This document shows positions 26,015-37,469 of a stretch of 64,000 nt of DNA, piece by piece. The position numbers and the translations under genes are program-made. The DNA is taken from assembly GCA_964016885.1 (NCBI GenBank), contig OZ024742.1:175398001-175462000 (forward strand), in the 5' to 3' direction. The number at the start of each line of letters is the position of its first letter. Position 1 is the first letter of the stretch. The stretch is from Eledone cirrhosa (Eukaryota). Under the pieces are notes generated by a model. The model was given only the letters and a program-made list of their open reading frames with translations. It was not told the DNA's origin and did not search any database.

Positions 26015-29000
26015 TTATAGATATATACTCACTCGGGCCATTCTTGCTTCTCTCACCCATCTTTCAACAAAATGCTGGGAAGAGAGCACTTCCCTCTCTA
26101 CTCTGATTTTCCTTTTCAAATGAAATTTGAAAAAGTCAATCAGGGCATCACCGAAAAGGTAAGTGCTCGTCTTCAGCCCTTTCAAACGTGTCCACCATAC
26201 TATCTCTTTCGCCATGGCCACCAGACAGATAAAAACTTCCTGCTAAAGGAGGAGGGCGGGGCATTTCTCACGATGGACTCAGATGATAGCCGGATCCGTC
26301 CTAAACGCGACAGCAGGTGTTCGACATAAACCCACAAGTCAGCAATTTTCGGACACAGGACGAGTGCGTGCAGGACGGTTTCGTCGCCCTGCGCGCATCT
26401 CGGACATGCCCGGCTGACGGCACCTCCATGCCTGTAGAGTTTATCCCGAACTGGCAAGGCTCCTCGGTAGCACTGCCAGGCCAGAGATTTCTGGAAGTTG
26501 TCCATAGGCCCTGGCCCGAAAGTTCTTCCGAAGAGATTGGCTAGTTGATTTTCCTCGACGCCTAGAGTTTCCCCAAGTACGTCGTCGCTCTTCCCCTTCA
26601 CTAATCCTCTATAGAACGCCGAGGTGGAGTTTCCACCGATCACATTGCCCGATTGGTCGAGGGCTCTGAGCGTCTGAAGACATTCCAATCTCCAGGCTCT
26701 CCCTCTCGGTCTTCGCTTGACCCAGGACTGCAGCTCCGTCAAGGAAACGAGCTGGGGAAATACGTGTCTAGCAAACGGCGACCACACCTGATCACCGTTA
26801 AGGAAGAGGTGGAGATGTCGTAGCCTGAGCGCGTGCCTGTGCATCATCAGCCACGGCATACCCAGCCCTCAACGTAGCGGGTGTTGACAACAGATGGACC
26901 GCCTGACCATTGGAGCGCGTCCCTTCCACAAAAAGCGAAAGAGCAAACGCTCCAGCGCAGTCAGGCGAGGCTTAGGACAAGGTACGAAGGTCAGGCGGTA
27001 GCAGATGACGGACGCGATGTACGCCTTAGCCACCTCCGCTCGACCTTTTAGGGATAGCTTCCTCTTCGCCCATTTCTGGGTGAGAGAAGCCACCCTGCTC
27101 GTCACCTCGTCCCAGTTTTTGTCCGTCTGGAGGTCCGGACCGAACCAGACCCCTAGCAATTTAACCGGTCCGTCCGTCCAGCGTCCGACGACGCTGTTGG
27201 ACGGCATGGACCTGCCTCTCCAGGTGCCGAGCTGCAGGCCCACTGACTTTTCCTGGTTGATCATTGCTCCTGTCACCGCTTCGTATTCTCTTAGTGTAGT
27301 GCCGATCGCCTCAATGTGTTTGGCGTTCGACACCACTACGGTGACATCGTCCGCATATGCTGACACGGATCTTCCGCATCCTAGTTCGCGCGGGACGCTC
27401 CTCAACGTCTCCAGTTTGTGCAGTAATGGCTCGAGAGTCAATACGTACAAGAGGGACGAGAGGGGACATCCTTGGCGGACCGAGAGAATGATGTTGAACG
27501 GTTCCGACAGGTGACCGTTCACTCTCACCACAGAGCAGATGTCGCTGTGCATGGCAGCGATCCAGCCTCTGAAGACGGGCTCAAAGCCAGCCGCCCTCAG
27601 GACTGCCGCTAGGTAACGATGGTCGACCCTATCGAAAGCTTTCGACTGATCTAAATTGATCAAGGACCCACCCGTGCCAGGTTCCCTAGCTACCCTCTCT
27701 ACGATGTATCGCATGAGGTGCAGGTTATCGTGGATGGATCTGTCGGGAATGGCGCATGTCTGCGCCTCTCCCACCAGACCACCAACGACAAGCTCCAACC
27801 TCTTTGCTAGCACCTTGGCCAAAATCTTGAACTCTGTGTGTAGCAGAGTTATGGGCCGGAAATTATCTATGTTATACCCCTTTTTCGGATCCTTTCTCAG
27901 CAGTGCCACCGCTACTCGGCTCACAGAACTGCGAATTCCCCCGTTCTTTTGCCAGTTGCAGTAGACGTCCGCCAAGAGGCCTCCGAACAAGTCTGGCATC
28001 TGTACGTAAAGTTCATAGGGCAGACCATCCAAACCAGGCGATTTACCCCTTGTGCAGCCAGTCATTGCCTCCCTTACTTCAGCGGCTGTTATCGGATTTT
28101 CGCAACACTTCGCCTCAGTGGCCGAGAGCCGCGGCAGTCCGTCGAGGTAGACACTAAAGTCCATCCCTCGACCCGGCCCACCGCTGCCCCCGAACAGCTG
28201 AGCGAAGTGTCGCTGAAAAGCTTCACACATTTTCCCGGGATCGAGTAGCATGCGCCCGTCGTGGTCCACCAAAGACCGGATCGTGGCTTTGTTGCCACGA
28301 CGCGCCTCCGCCACTCGGGCCCATTGAACGGCTTTCGTCCCCTCGTGTCTGAGAGCACGCACCCTTGCTCTGACAACGCAGCCTTCGTGCTTTGCATTGA
28401 AGAATTGGTCAAGAGCCAATTTCGCCGCAAGCACGTCGGTCGCAATGCCTTTGCTAAGCGCCTCGTCTAATTTTCTAACTAGTTCTCCCTCTGCTCTATT
28501 TTTCTCTATTGCTAAAGCCTTACTAAACCTAATGGATTCTATTCTAATCGCTCTTTTCAAAGCAAACCACCACTTGTTGTTGACGATGGCCCCCGTCAAC
28601 GCCCGCTTAACTAGTTCGCTAATCCAGTCTCTGTAGGCCTTGCGCGCTGGTAAGGACGCGTTTAGCTTCCAGTAGCCGGGTCCTCGTCTATGAAGCCTAT
28701 CTAAGTCAAGCACACAGATCACGAATTTGTGGTCCGTGTAGCTGACTATCTTGAATTGTGGACAGCCTATGCTAGTCCTATCTATTTCCCTACAAAATAC
28801 TCTATCTAGATATGATCTGGATGACCCTATGCGATTTGTCCAAGTCAACATTGGCACATTCGGGAAATCCAATCGGTACCTGTCAGACAGTTCAAAACCC
28901 CTGAGCAGGTTGGTGAGGCTCTTGCACCCTCCACCCCTATCCGCTAATCCCACACAGTCCCAGCGTGCATCTAAGATTCCGTTCCAGTCGCCCACTAACA

Positions 29001-29409
29001 CTAAAGAGCGGGACGTTCCAAGAAAGGTCTCCAGACGCCGGAAGAAATCAGGCCGCCCTGCTCCTGTCGGGGCATAGACGGCCACTAGCCTGAAAGCTTG
29101 CCCGTCTCCGCTGGTCACATCCAGCACCACCAGCTTACCCTCTGGGTCCAGGAAGATGGCCCGTATGGCGAGATCCAAACCTCTCCGAAAAAGCACAGCA
29201 ACTCCTCCCCCCGATCCAGGACGGCTGGGAGATGCGTAGACATCGTAGCCGCCAAAGATCGGTGCGAAGGCCCGTGCTTCGGAGATTCTGGTCTCGCTGA
29301 TGGCCACTACATCTATGTTTAGTGACCTGAGGTCGTTGAGCAGGTGACCCTGCTTCCATGACGACCCCAAGCCACGCGCATTTATGCTGCCTATTCTGAG
29401 TGAGGTCAT
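26015..29409 (-). pseudogene. Tx1 ORF2, intact over EN and RT (846 aa), C-terminal frameshifts
   Basis: ORF 26869-29409, then 26200-26859 and 26015-26221. Confidence 0.93.
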
Positions 29410-29444
29410 GTTTAAAATAGAGTGGAAAAGATGGGAAAGACCAC

Positions 29445-30931
29445 TTACCGTACTTTTCGTAGAGGAGGGATGGTTTTTACATCCCTTTTCACTTGATCGT
29501 CTGGTGAAGGGACCGTTGAATCGTCCCTTCGGCTGGTCGTCGGCTCTTCTAAGAGAATGTCTGAATATACTCTTCGATTGATAGTTCCTCCTAGGTCTCT
29601 GAAATCACCAACTGCGTTGGGGAATTTCGTTTTAATGTTTGTGTATTGTTTCTGTGCTATTTTTAGCAGTCTTATGTTAGTTGGCGTTTTGATTGGTGCT
29701 GGTATTATGTAGTCGTGTTGTGAAATGTCTGTGTGTTCAATTATGTAAGTCATTAGTTTCTTGTTGTGTGTATTTATTGCCGTGCATTTCTTTTTCTGGG
29801 GGTGGGGTGTGGTTCTGCTACTTTCTTGTCGTTGTTGCTGTGTGTGTGTGTTTTGTTGTTATGTTTGCGTTGTTGGTTCTTGTGGTGGTGGTGTTGAAGG
29901 TGTAGTTGGTGGTGGGGTTGTCGCCGGTGGTGATGGTGTTGCTAGTGTGGGTGGTGATGGTGTTGGTGGTGTTGCTGCTGTGGATCTCTTTGCAGTAGAC
30001 TTTACCCTTTTCTCATTTCTTTCCTACCTTTTCAAAGGCGACGATGCGCTGCTTCTGCGTTTGTGCCTTCTTACGACCTTTTGCCATCCCTCTCCCACCT
30101 CACACTCCATGTCTGATTCTGTGAGGTCGGGGAGGGGTACCAGCTCCACTCTTTCACTTGTTGTTGTTGGTGATGTTTGCACTGGAGTCTCTGTTGCAGC
30201 TGCATTTGGTATTGCTGTTGTTGTTGTTAATATTTCCACTGCTGCTGCTGTTTTTGATTTCCGTGGCGTGGGTATCGGTGCCACGGACCTATCGTTCCTG
30301 GTTGCCGCTTGTCCTGTTGCTGGTAGCCGTGGAGCCGGTTTCGGAAGGAGAGGGGTTTTCTCCTTTCTCAGGGTCTTCTCGTTGCAGAAGGCCCTGAGGT
30401 GAGTCTTCGATCCACAGCGAAAGCATTTCGGGCGTTTTCCTTCAACACTTATGGGCAGTTGAGTGCCGTTATCGAAGTCTATCACATCCGGGATAGCTTC
30501 GATGCACTCCTGGTTGGTTTGGATTAGCATCTCAATGGAGGTGCCGACCCAATCTTCTCTTACTTTTTTCTGTACTTGCAGTACAGTTGTTTTGTCCTCG
30601 ATTCCGACGAGGACAGACGTGGCCAGCCAAGAAGGGGCCATTCCGGGGGAGACGTGGGTCAGTTTGACCCTCACAATTTTTTGCCCGCAGTAGGAGGGCA
30701 CCAACACCATTTCCTCGCTCCTTAGGGTCACTACGGATTGGGCCTTTGCTTCCTGGGGTGTGGCAAAAAGTACGTCTACGGTGGCATATTTTTTGCCTCG
30801 GGTGATGTGCGTTTTCCGCTGCCACACAGACCCCAAGGCTTTTTGTATTTGAGCCTCTGTGGCTCTTTCCACCCTACGGGATTTTGTACTTACTGTACGG
30901 TACGTGACCGTACAGTGCTGTTGGGTTTCGA
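29445..30931 (-). pseudogene. Tx1 ORF1b (RRM-like region inferred, CFRCGSKTHLRAFC zinc knuckle, Pro/Thr-rich tail); one nonsense codon at 30024
   Basis: ORFs 30024-30872 and 29445-29753 are in the same frame; copy 1 has GAG where copy 2 has TAG. Confidence 0.85.
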
Positions 30932-31507
30932 AAAATTTTCCGGTGCCTTGCAGATTGCTCGGTGCCCATTCTTTGTCACCATCTTCTTCGCTTCCTCTAA
31001 TTCCTCATTTGTTATGAGGATTGTTTCCAATTTTTTCGCAATACCTGCAAATGAGATTGGTTTTTCTTTGCTGCTGTTGTTGTTGTTGTCGTCAGAGCTG
31101 CTGTTACTTTTGTTGTTGCTGCCGGTATTACGACTACTGCCTCCGCCGCTGTTGCTGTGGTTGTTGTTGCTGCTGCTAATGCTGTTGTTGTTTATGCTTC
31201 TGGTGATGCTGTTGCGGCTGCTACTGTTGTTTTCATTGTCACTGTTGCTGTTGTTATTACGGTTGCTACTGCTATTATTCCTGACGTCAGACGAATGAAA
31301 TGGGTTTTCGTATTTCCCGCACACCTGTTTCGTCGCTGTCGTCATGGAGAAATCTTGCACGCTTTGCACGAGACTTTTCTTTTCTTTCGTCGCTTGCAAA
31401 AGAGAAGGGAGGGAGAGAGACAATCTTCTCTCTGCTGTAGTGATGATTGAGGAAGAAGAAGACGGAATGAGTGGGAGTGACCTATGAAATTTCTTTTTCG
31501 TAGCCAT
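30890..31507 (-). CDS. Tx1 ORF1a (205 aa, Ser/Asn low-complexity region then SFAGIAK..ITNEELEEAKK)
   Basis: Open from ATG 31507; several synonymous differences from copy 1 in this frame. Confidence 0.7.
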   Translation of the reverse strand: MATKKKFHRSLPLIPSSSSSIITTAERRLSLSLPSLLQATKEKKSLVQSVQDFSMTTATKQVCGKYENPFHSSDVRNNSSSNRNNNSNSDNENNSSSRNSITRSINNNSISSSNNNHSNSGGGSSRNTGSNNKSNSSSDDNNNNSSKEKPISFAGIAKKLETILITNEELEEAKKMVTKNGHRAICKAPENFSKPNSTVRSRTVQ

Positions 31508-31748
31508 GTTGTTTTTTTTTTTGTTTAAAATAAATATTGGGTACAAAACCCCAATAAGCAGTTATTTAACCACGAAGGGCCAAATAACGGACAGAAAGAC
31601 CCCTCTCACGAGGAGGAGGGTGTTTTTGTCTACAAGTTCGTTAAAGTTTTAAACAATTTACAATTGTTATAGTGTTCAAAATTTACAATACCTTACAGAG
31701 CCGAGCCTCCGTCAACCATAGCATTCAATAATAATAATAATAATAATA

Positions 31749-31997
31749 CAGGAAACCCTCATATAGGAGAAATACAAAGGATAGTACTAATGGGAACTGC
31801 CCATATACTAAGGAAGATTCTGTCAATATAAGTATATCACAAGTCAAAACACCTAAAGATGCATGTGTATGTATGATCTTTCTTGAACATAGCGGACCTT
31901 GTTGTCTCTTGAGGTCACTGGTTGTGACTTGGTGATAACTCGTATGAACATAAAGCAAGATAAATGCAACTGTAATAATAATAATAATAATAATAAT
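31749..31997 (+). mobile_element. 5'-truncated Dong-like 3' fragment (second subfamily) with (AAT)n tail
   Basis: EIQRIVLMGTAHILRKILSI* is homologous to the Dong C-terminus. Confidence 0.8.
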
Positions 31998-32018
31998 GAT
32001 TTCATTTATTAGCCACAA
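31998..32018 (-). mobile_element. 21-bp Tx1 3' stub
   Basis: gatttcatttattagccacaa resembles the Tx1 terminus gatttctttattaaccacaa. Confidence 0.55.
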
Positions 32019-32914
32019 AATGATAATAATAACAATAACAATAACAACAATATATAAATCTAAAAAAATATTGATTATTTATCAAGACTAACACAATTAC
32101 AAATGACACCTAGAAATGAAATAAACAAAAATAGAAGCTGTGACTATATTTTAAAACTATTATATTTTAAGATTTGTCTTCTGAAGATATGATATATAAG
32201 TGCGCATGTGTGAGGGAGGGAGAGGGGAGGTAAGAGAGAGGGGGGATATGAAGTAGAGAGAAATCCACCAGACACAATTCTGCTATCTCTTTAATGATTG
32301 GTTTCTTGTTTCTTTTTTATTGTTTTCTTGTAAGAAGACATGGTTTTCCAGCTTATTTAATCTTGGACTGTGACAACCTGTGCAACCCATACCACCATGA
32401 AAATAGATGTATGATGATGATAGGCTAATTTTGTGATTCATATACCACAGTGATTCTGCAATTAAGAAATCTATGAAGAATATGGAATCGGAATGCTAAC
32501 ACAAGGACTACTACCTGCATAATCTGAGAGAATGTCATAAGAAGGAATAGGCATAAAACAGCTATATACATGACAACTGCCATCACAGCCACTAGAAGTA
32601 AAGCCATTAACCATTTTGATATGTACCTGCTTCAGAGGATTAAAGTACAAGTATTTGAAATAGAAATACTACAGGAACAAATGGAGAACTATATGCATGT
32701 CAGTCAAGGTCAACAGCTGAAGGTTTGCAGGTTGTTCCATTATCCCTGTCTATGGAATTCTGGGAATTATAGGAGCATGTAGGATGAGAGTCATAAAAAA
32801 AGATGATGGAAGCAGCAAAGTGTGCAGCTGGAAGGCTATGTCTGAAGATAAGTGACCCGTTGGTTAGTAGTATGTATGCTTGCTGGACACAGTTTGAGTT
32901 TTTGTCAACCTCAG

Positions 32915-33115
32915 TTGGGTCACTTGGACGAAGGTGTATGTTCTAGGATACAACACTGATGATGTGTCTAAGTATTTATATTTGTATTTGGGGGACCTGA
33001 ATAATGGTGCATGTTGTAAGGCCTGAAACACCCACTGACTTCAGTATACAACATTGAAGATGTGTCAAAGTATTTACATTTGTAATTGGGTGACCTGAAT
33101 AAGGGCATATGTATT
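32915..33115. repeat. Diverged ~100-bp direct repeat, possibly a Penelope pLTR relic
   Basis: caaca(c/t)tga(t/a)gatgtgtc..aagtattta..tttgta..gg..gacctgaataa occurs twice. Confidence 0.45.
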
Positions 33116-33939
33116 AAAAAATGAAATGCCCAGTGACTCCAGGAGACATCACTGATGGTGTGCCCAAGATTATGCATCCATAGATGCGTGAAGAACTAAG
33201 TTCAATACAAATGTATATTAAAAACAAAAACAAAACAAATGATGAACCAACTGCTTCTAGTTCTTTGTTGTTCTATTGTTAATTTTCTTCATGGGGGAGA
33301 GTTGCTTAACTTATTCTTCATTAATTGAAAAATTAATTAAAATCACTTAAAACTTTTCCGATTTAAAAAAAAAAAAAGAATTCACTCTAATAAGAAAAAT
33401 CAATAAATGAAGAAATATTAGGAATGGAACCTTTCCAGACAACTGAAAGAATAAATCAGTCACATGAAGAAGGAGAAAAAGGAAGGTGAAAACAATAATG
33501 AGAAGAATAGAGACGATGACAAGAAATAGTAGCAAAGAAAAAAACCAGTAGTAGTAGTAGTGGTAGTAGTAGGTAGTTGTAGCAGCAGTAATGGTGGTGG
33601 TGATAGTAGTAGTAGTAGTAGTTGTAGTAGTATTTGTAAAAACTCCCTTAAAATGCCAACAAAATCCAGAAAGAGAGAGAGAGAGGGAAATGAAGTTATA
33701 TGAAATAGCAACTTTACAAACTATTCAATTGGTAGAAAGAAATGTCCTTTGAAAGTTCGTTAAACAACAAGAAATAATTAGAAAAAAGAAACTTAAGTCA
33801 CAAACTTCTCAAAAATACAACAATTTCAATTATATTTAATATAATATTTTTTGTATATTTTTGAAAATTTTATTTCAAAATACATAATAGATTTTAAAAA
33901 AAACGAATCTCTTCTATTTCTTCTTCACAAGCAACAGCA

Positions 33940-34260
33940 CATCCATTACCATCACCATCGTGATTATTGCCATCAACATCCCCATCACTACCATCATCCT
34001 TTTTCGGCATCACTATCATTATCATCAGTACATTCACCACATCACATCACCATCTTGACTGTTATCATCATCATCATCATCATCATCAATACTGACACCA
34101 ACATCATCACTACATAACCAGTAATAATCACCATTAACATAACCAGTAATAACACCATCACCAACATCACTATCAACACTAATATCATCACTACTACCAC
34201 CATCACACACCACCACCATCGTCACCATCAACACCACCACCACCACCATCAGTAGCAGCA
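33940..34260. repeat. CAT/CAC low-complexity tract
   Basis: Visible trinucleotide-rich run. Confidence 0.8.
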
Positions 34261-34560
34261 GAAATTTTATGTCATCATTGTAATTCAATTTAATTTATTT
34301 TTTATCAACTTATTGTCTATGAATTGCTGGAACATTTATTTTTTTCTATTATTTCAGTAATTTATTATTATTATTTTTTTTTCATAATTAGCAATTTAAA
34401 ATAACATCACTTATTTCCAATTATTGAATGCTTTTCAAGGATTACATTCTCTCATACTATTCCTGGTCTCTTTTAAAACCATTAACATCCTTTGTTTCCA
34501 GTGGAAAATACCAAAAGAAATACCCCACCACCACCACCACAAAAAATACATAAACAAACC

Positions 34561-35225
34561 ATAAAGTAATAACAATTAAATTTTAAAAAAATTAATGTAG
34601 TAATAATGTCATTGAAATTTATATGAAAATTAGAGTGAAAAAATATAAAACAATATGTCTGATTATTTTGTCAATTAACTATAAGTATGGCTCTTTAACA
34701 CACACACACACACAGATAAAAACTAAAAGCATGTAAAAATACTAAATTCCAGTTCTTTTTATTGAGAAACTAGAATGAAACTTATGTATTTAAAGTCAGA
34801 TATATATATATAGAGAGAGTGACATGTACAACGTGTCACTGCATGTTGTAAAAAGTTGACTAAAAGAGACAATGCTTAAGAACAGGATGCCCTTCCTGAG
34901 ACTAACTCTTTTAGTCGACTTTTTACAACATGCAGTGATACATTGTACATGTCACACTCTCTCTCTCTATATATATATATATCTGACTTTAAATACATAA
35001 ATTTCATTCTAATTTCTCACTTAAATGAACTGGAATTCAGTATTTTTACATGTTTTTAGCTTTTATCTGTGTGTGTGTGTGTGTGTCTGTTAAAGAGCCA
35101 TACTTATAGTTAATTGACAAAATAATCAGATATATTTAATATATTTTTTCACTCTAATTTTCGTATGAAATTCAATGAAATTATTACTACATTAATTTTT
35201 TTTAATTTAATTGTTATTACTTTAT
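34561..35225. repeat. Long inverted repeat (arms ~310-320 bp, 37-nt loop)
   Basis: 34561-34868 is the reverse complement of 34906-35225, with scattered mismatches. Confidence 0.95.
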
Positions 35226-35324
35226 ATATATATATATATATATATCAATATAGTATGTTATCTATATATGTTATCATTATATGTTATCATTATCCTCTTT
35301 TAGCATCTATATATATATATATAT

Positions 35325-35664
35325 AATATGTAGAAAAGATAACACACGAGAGAGAGTGTGTGTGATTATCAATGAAACTGTTTTCTAACTTCTCTTAGAG
35401 TTGTCTGGAATGTATCCACTTACCACACGCTGATGAACCTGTGTGTTTCATTCCAAACACTAATTATTTAGACGAAAAAATCTCTTTGAGTTTGTACGTG
35501 TGTGATATATAGTTATAAAGGTGGGTAAATTCATTCTGACTTATATTTTTTATTATTATGCATCTACCTCACCTTTCTTAGTTTATAGATTCCATACACT
35601 GGTGGTTTTCCCTGTACATTGATGAACACACACTCTCTCTCTTGTGTTATGTTTTCTACATATT
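35325..35664. repeat. Short element with ~48-bp inverted termini
   Basis: atatgtagaaaagataacacacgagagagagtgtgtg..atcaatg / cattgatgaacacacactctctctcttgtgttatgttttctacatat. Confidence 0.7.
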
Positions 35665-35777
35665 CTGAGTTCAAATCCCGCCGAGGTTAACTTTGCCTTT
35701 CATCCTTACGGGGTCGATAAAATAAAGTACCAGTAATGTACTGGGTAATTGTTGGCCTTGTGCCTAAAGTAGAAACA
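35665..35777 (+). mobile_element. 5'-truncated SINE S1 with 19-bp TSD
   Basis: gttatgttttctacatatt at 35646-35664 and 35778-35796. Confidence 0.9.
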
Positions 35778-35866
35778 GTTATGTTTTCTACATATTATAT
35801 TTGAAATATTTGACTAATACGAGTTTATAACTCCGTTAATTTATTTTGGTATATATATATATATAT

Positions 35867-36488
35867 CTAGCAGCAGTACCCAGCGTTGCCTGGGTTGGTA
35901 AAATAATATCTGCTTTGATGAAAAGGTGTTGATCTTAGCGACGGATTCTCAATGACTTATCTATGGCCACACACAGGCCATGTGGGGAAGGGTTATGATG
36001 ACTTCTATCACTGAGAAAGATGGGTGACTGACGAAGGGGCATGCTGAGTTTCGAATTTGAACAAAATCGGTTGAAAAATGTGGGAGCTAGAGCCAAAAAG
36101 GCGGAAATTTGAGTCTAAAAGTGGTATTTTTTGAATATTTAAGCGGCTGCCACGCCGTCCCTGAACAACAAATACAAAATATAAAGCCATTTCCGGATGT
36201 GCAATGATAAATTCTATTTTGCTTTAAACTTTGAATGAAATCGGTGGCAAAATGTGGGAGCTAGAGCCAAAAATCTTATTTTTCAATACCAAAAAAAAGG
36301 TGACCCTCCTATCGATTTTTATCTGCAGAATGACCCCGGAATAAAAAAAAAACGATACGCTGATATATAGAAAACACTCCCCGATGACTAATCTATGAGC
36401 CTGTAAAGCTTCATGAAAATCGGTCATAAGATGTAGGCCCCTATAGGTAATACACAGACACACATACTTAATTTTATATATATAGAGA
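35867..36488 (-). mobile_element. Non-autonomous Helitron
   Basis: Minus strand starts a|TCtctatatatataaaattaag and ends with the hairpin cccaggcaacgctggg followed by CTAG; internal direct repeat aaaatgtgggagctagagccaaaa. Confidence 0.8.
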
Positions 36489-36738
36489 TAACAATACTGA
36501 AACAAAGTCATCAGATAGGACCCACAAATCTTCAATTGTTTTCCCGCTGACTCAATGATTTAATTAAACCAGTATCCTTAAGATGCCAACTCAAAGGAAA
36601 ACAGAGTGCGCACTAATATTTTAAATAGAATATTGGTGTGTCCCTATTGAGTCACTAGTTTCAGCATTCAATGCTAATATGTTCAGGTGGCTATATGGTA
36701 CTTTACATTTAGTATTTCACCATAGTCAGTATCCTTAA

Positions 36739-36958
36739 CCCTTTAGCATTTAAACCAGTCATTTCTGGCCAGATTTCTTTCACCTCTTTCTGTTCAAATC
36801 AGCTGTAACTGGCCACTCATACTGATGTTAAGATATTGTTCTCAAAATAAATAGCATCAAAATCTCATACATTCAATATTATGTGAGATAATTATGTAAC
36901 ATAAACCTTTACCACAAAAATACAATAGTATATATAGAGAAATGTAAATGTTAAAGGG
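36739..36958. mobile_element. piggyBac-like MITE
   Basis: TTAA TSDs; TIR ccctttagcattta / taaatgttaaaggg. Confidence 0.8.
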
Positions 36959-37469
36959 TTAAGAAGCAGAGTGTTAATAACAATATCATTATATATAAAT
37001 ATGTATATATATATTATATATATACATGTATGTGTGTGTGTGCATCTTATGGTGGGATATATGTGTTTGTATGCAATTGTCTCTGTGTTTACAAATGTAT
37101 CTCAGTTTACTTCCCATAACTGAGGAGTTTTGACTAATGTAGATGAATAAGTACCTGACTCGAATAAATAATTGCAGTGGCGATATAATCAACAGAATCA
37201 CTTTAAGATGGTGTCTTAACATGGTGACAATCTAATGACTGAAACCAACAAAAGAATCAAACAAACATTTCATATTCAATGAATTTTTCAGATTATGTTC
37301 TACAAAATACCTCACATTTTCTAATCCCTTAAAATGCTCAGTATAATCTATACTGAGCATTATAATCTATATTATAACAACTAAACAGCTTTTTTACCTG
37401 TCTATCACATGAATGATATGGGCTGCTGAAAATATCATAAATGTTTTTAATTTTAATTGCAGGTACAGT

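Larger units (their letters stand above)
25759..31726 (-). mobile_element. Full-length L1/Tx1-clade LINE, copy 2, inserted in the Dong (AAT)n tail
   Basis: Same termini as copy 1; 846-aa open ORF2 segment; (AAT)n on both sides. Confidence 0.95.

Noticed and set aside
30738-31450. Plus-strand poly-Leu/Val 'membrane protein' ORFs (also 21122-21615 and 29761-30402)
   Set aside because: Antisense shadows of the AAC/AGC-rich Tx1 ORF1.
15945-31726. The two Tx1 copies as LTRs or a segmental duplication
   Set aside because: Each has LINE ORFs, its own tail and private mutations; the flanks are not duplicated.
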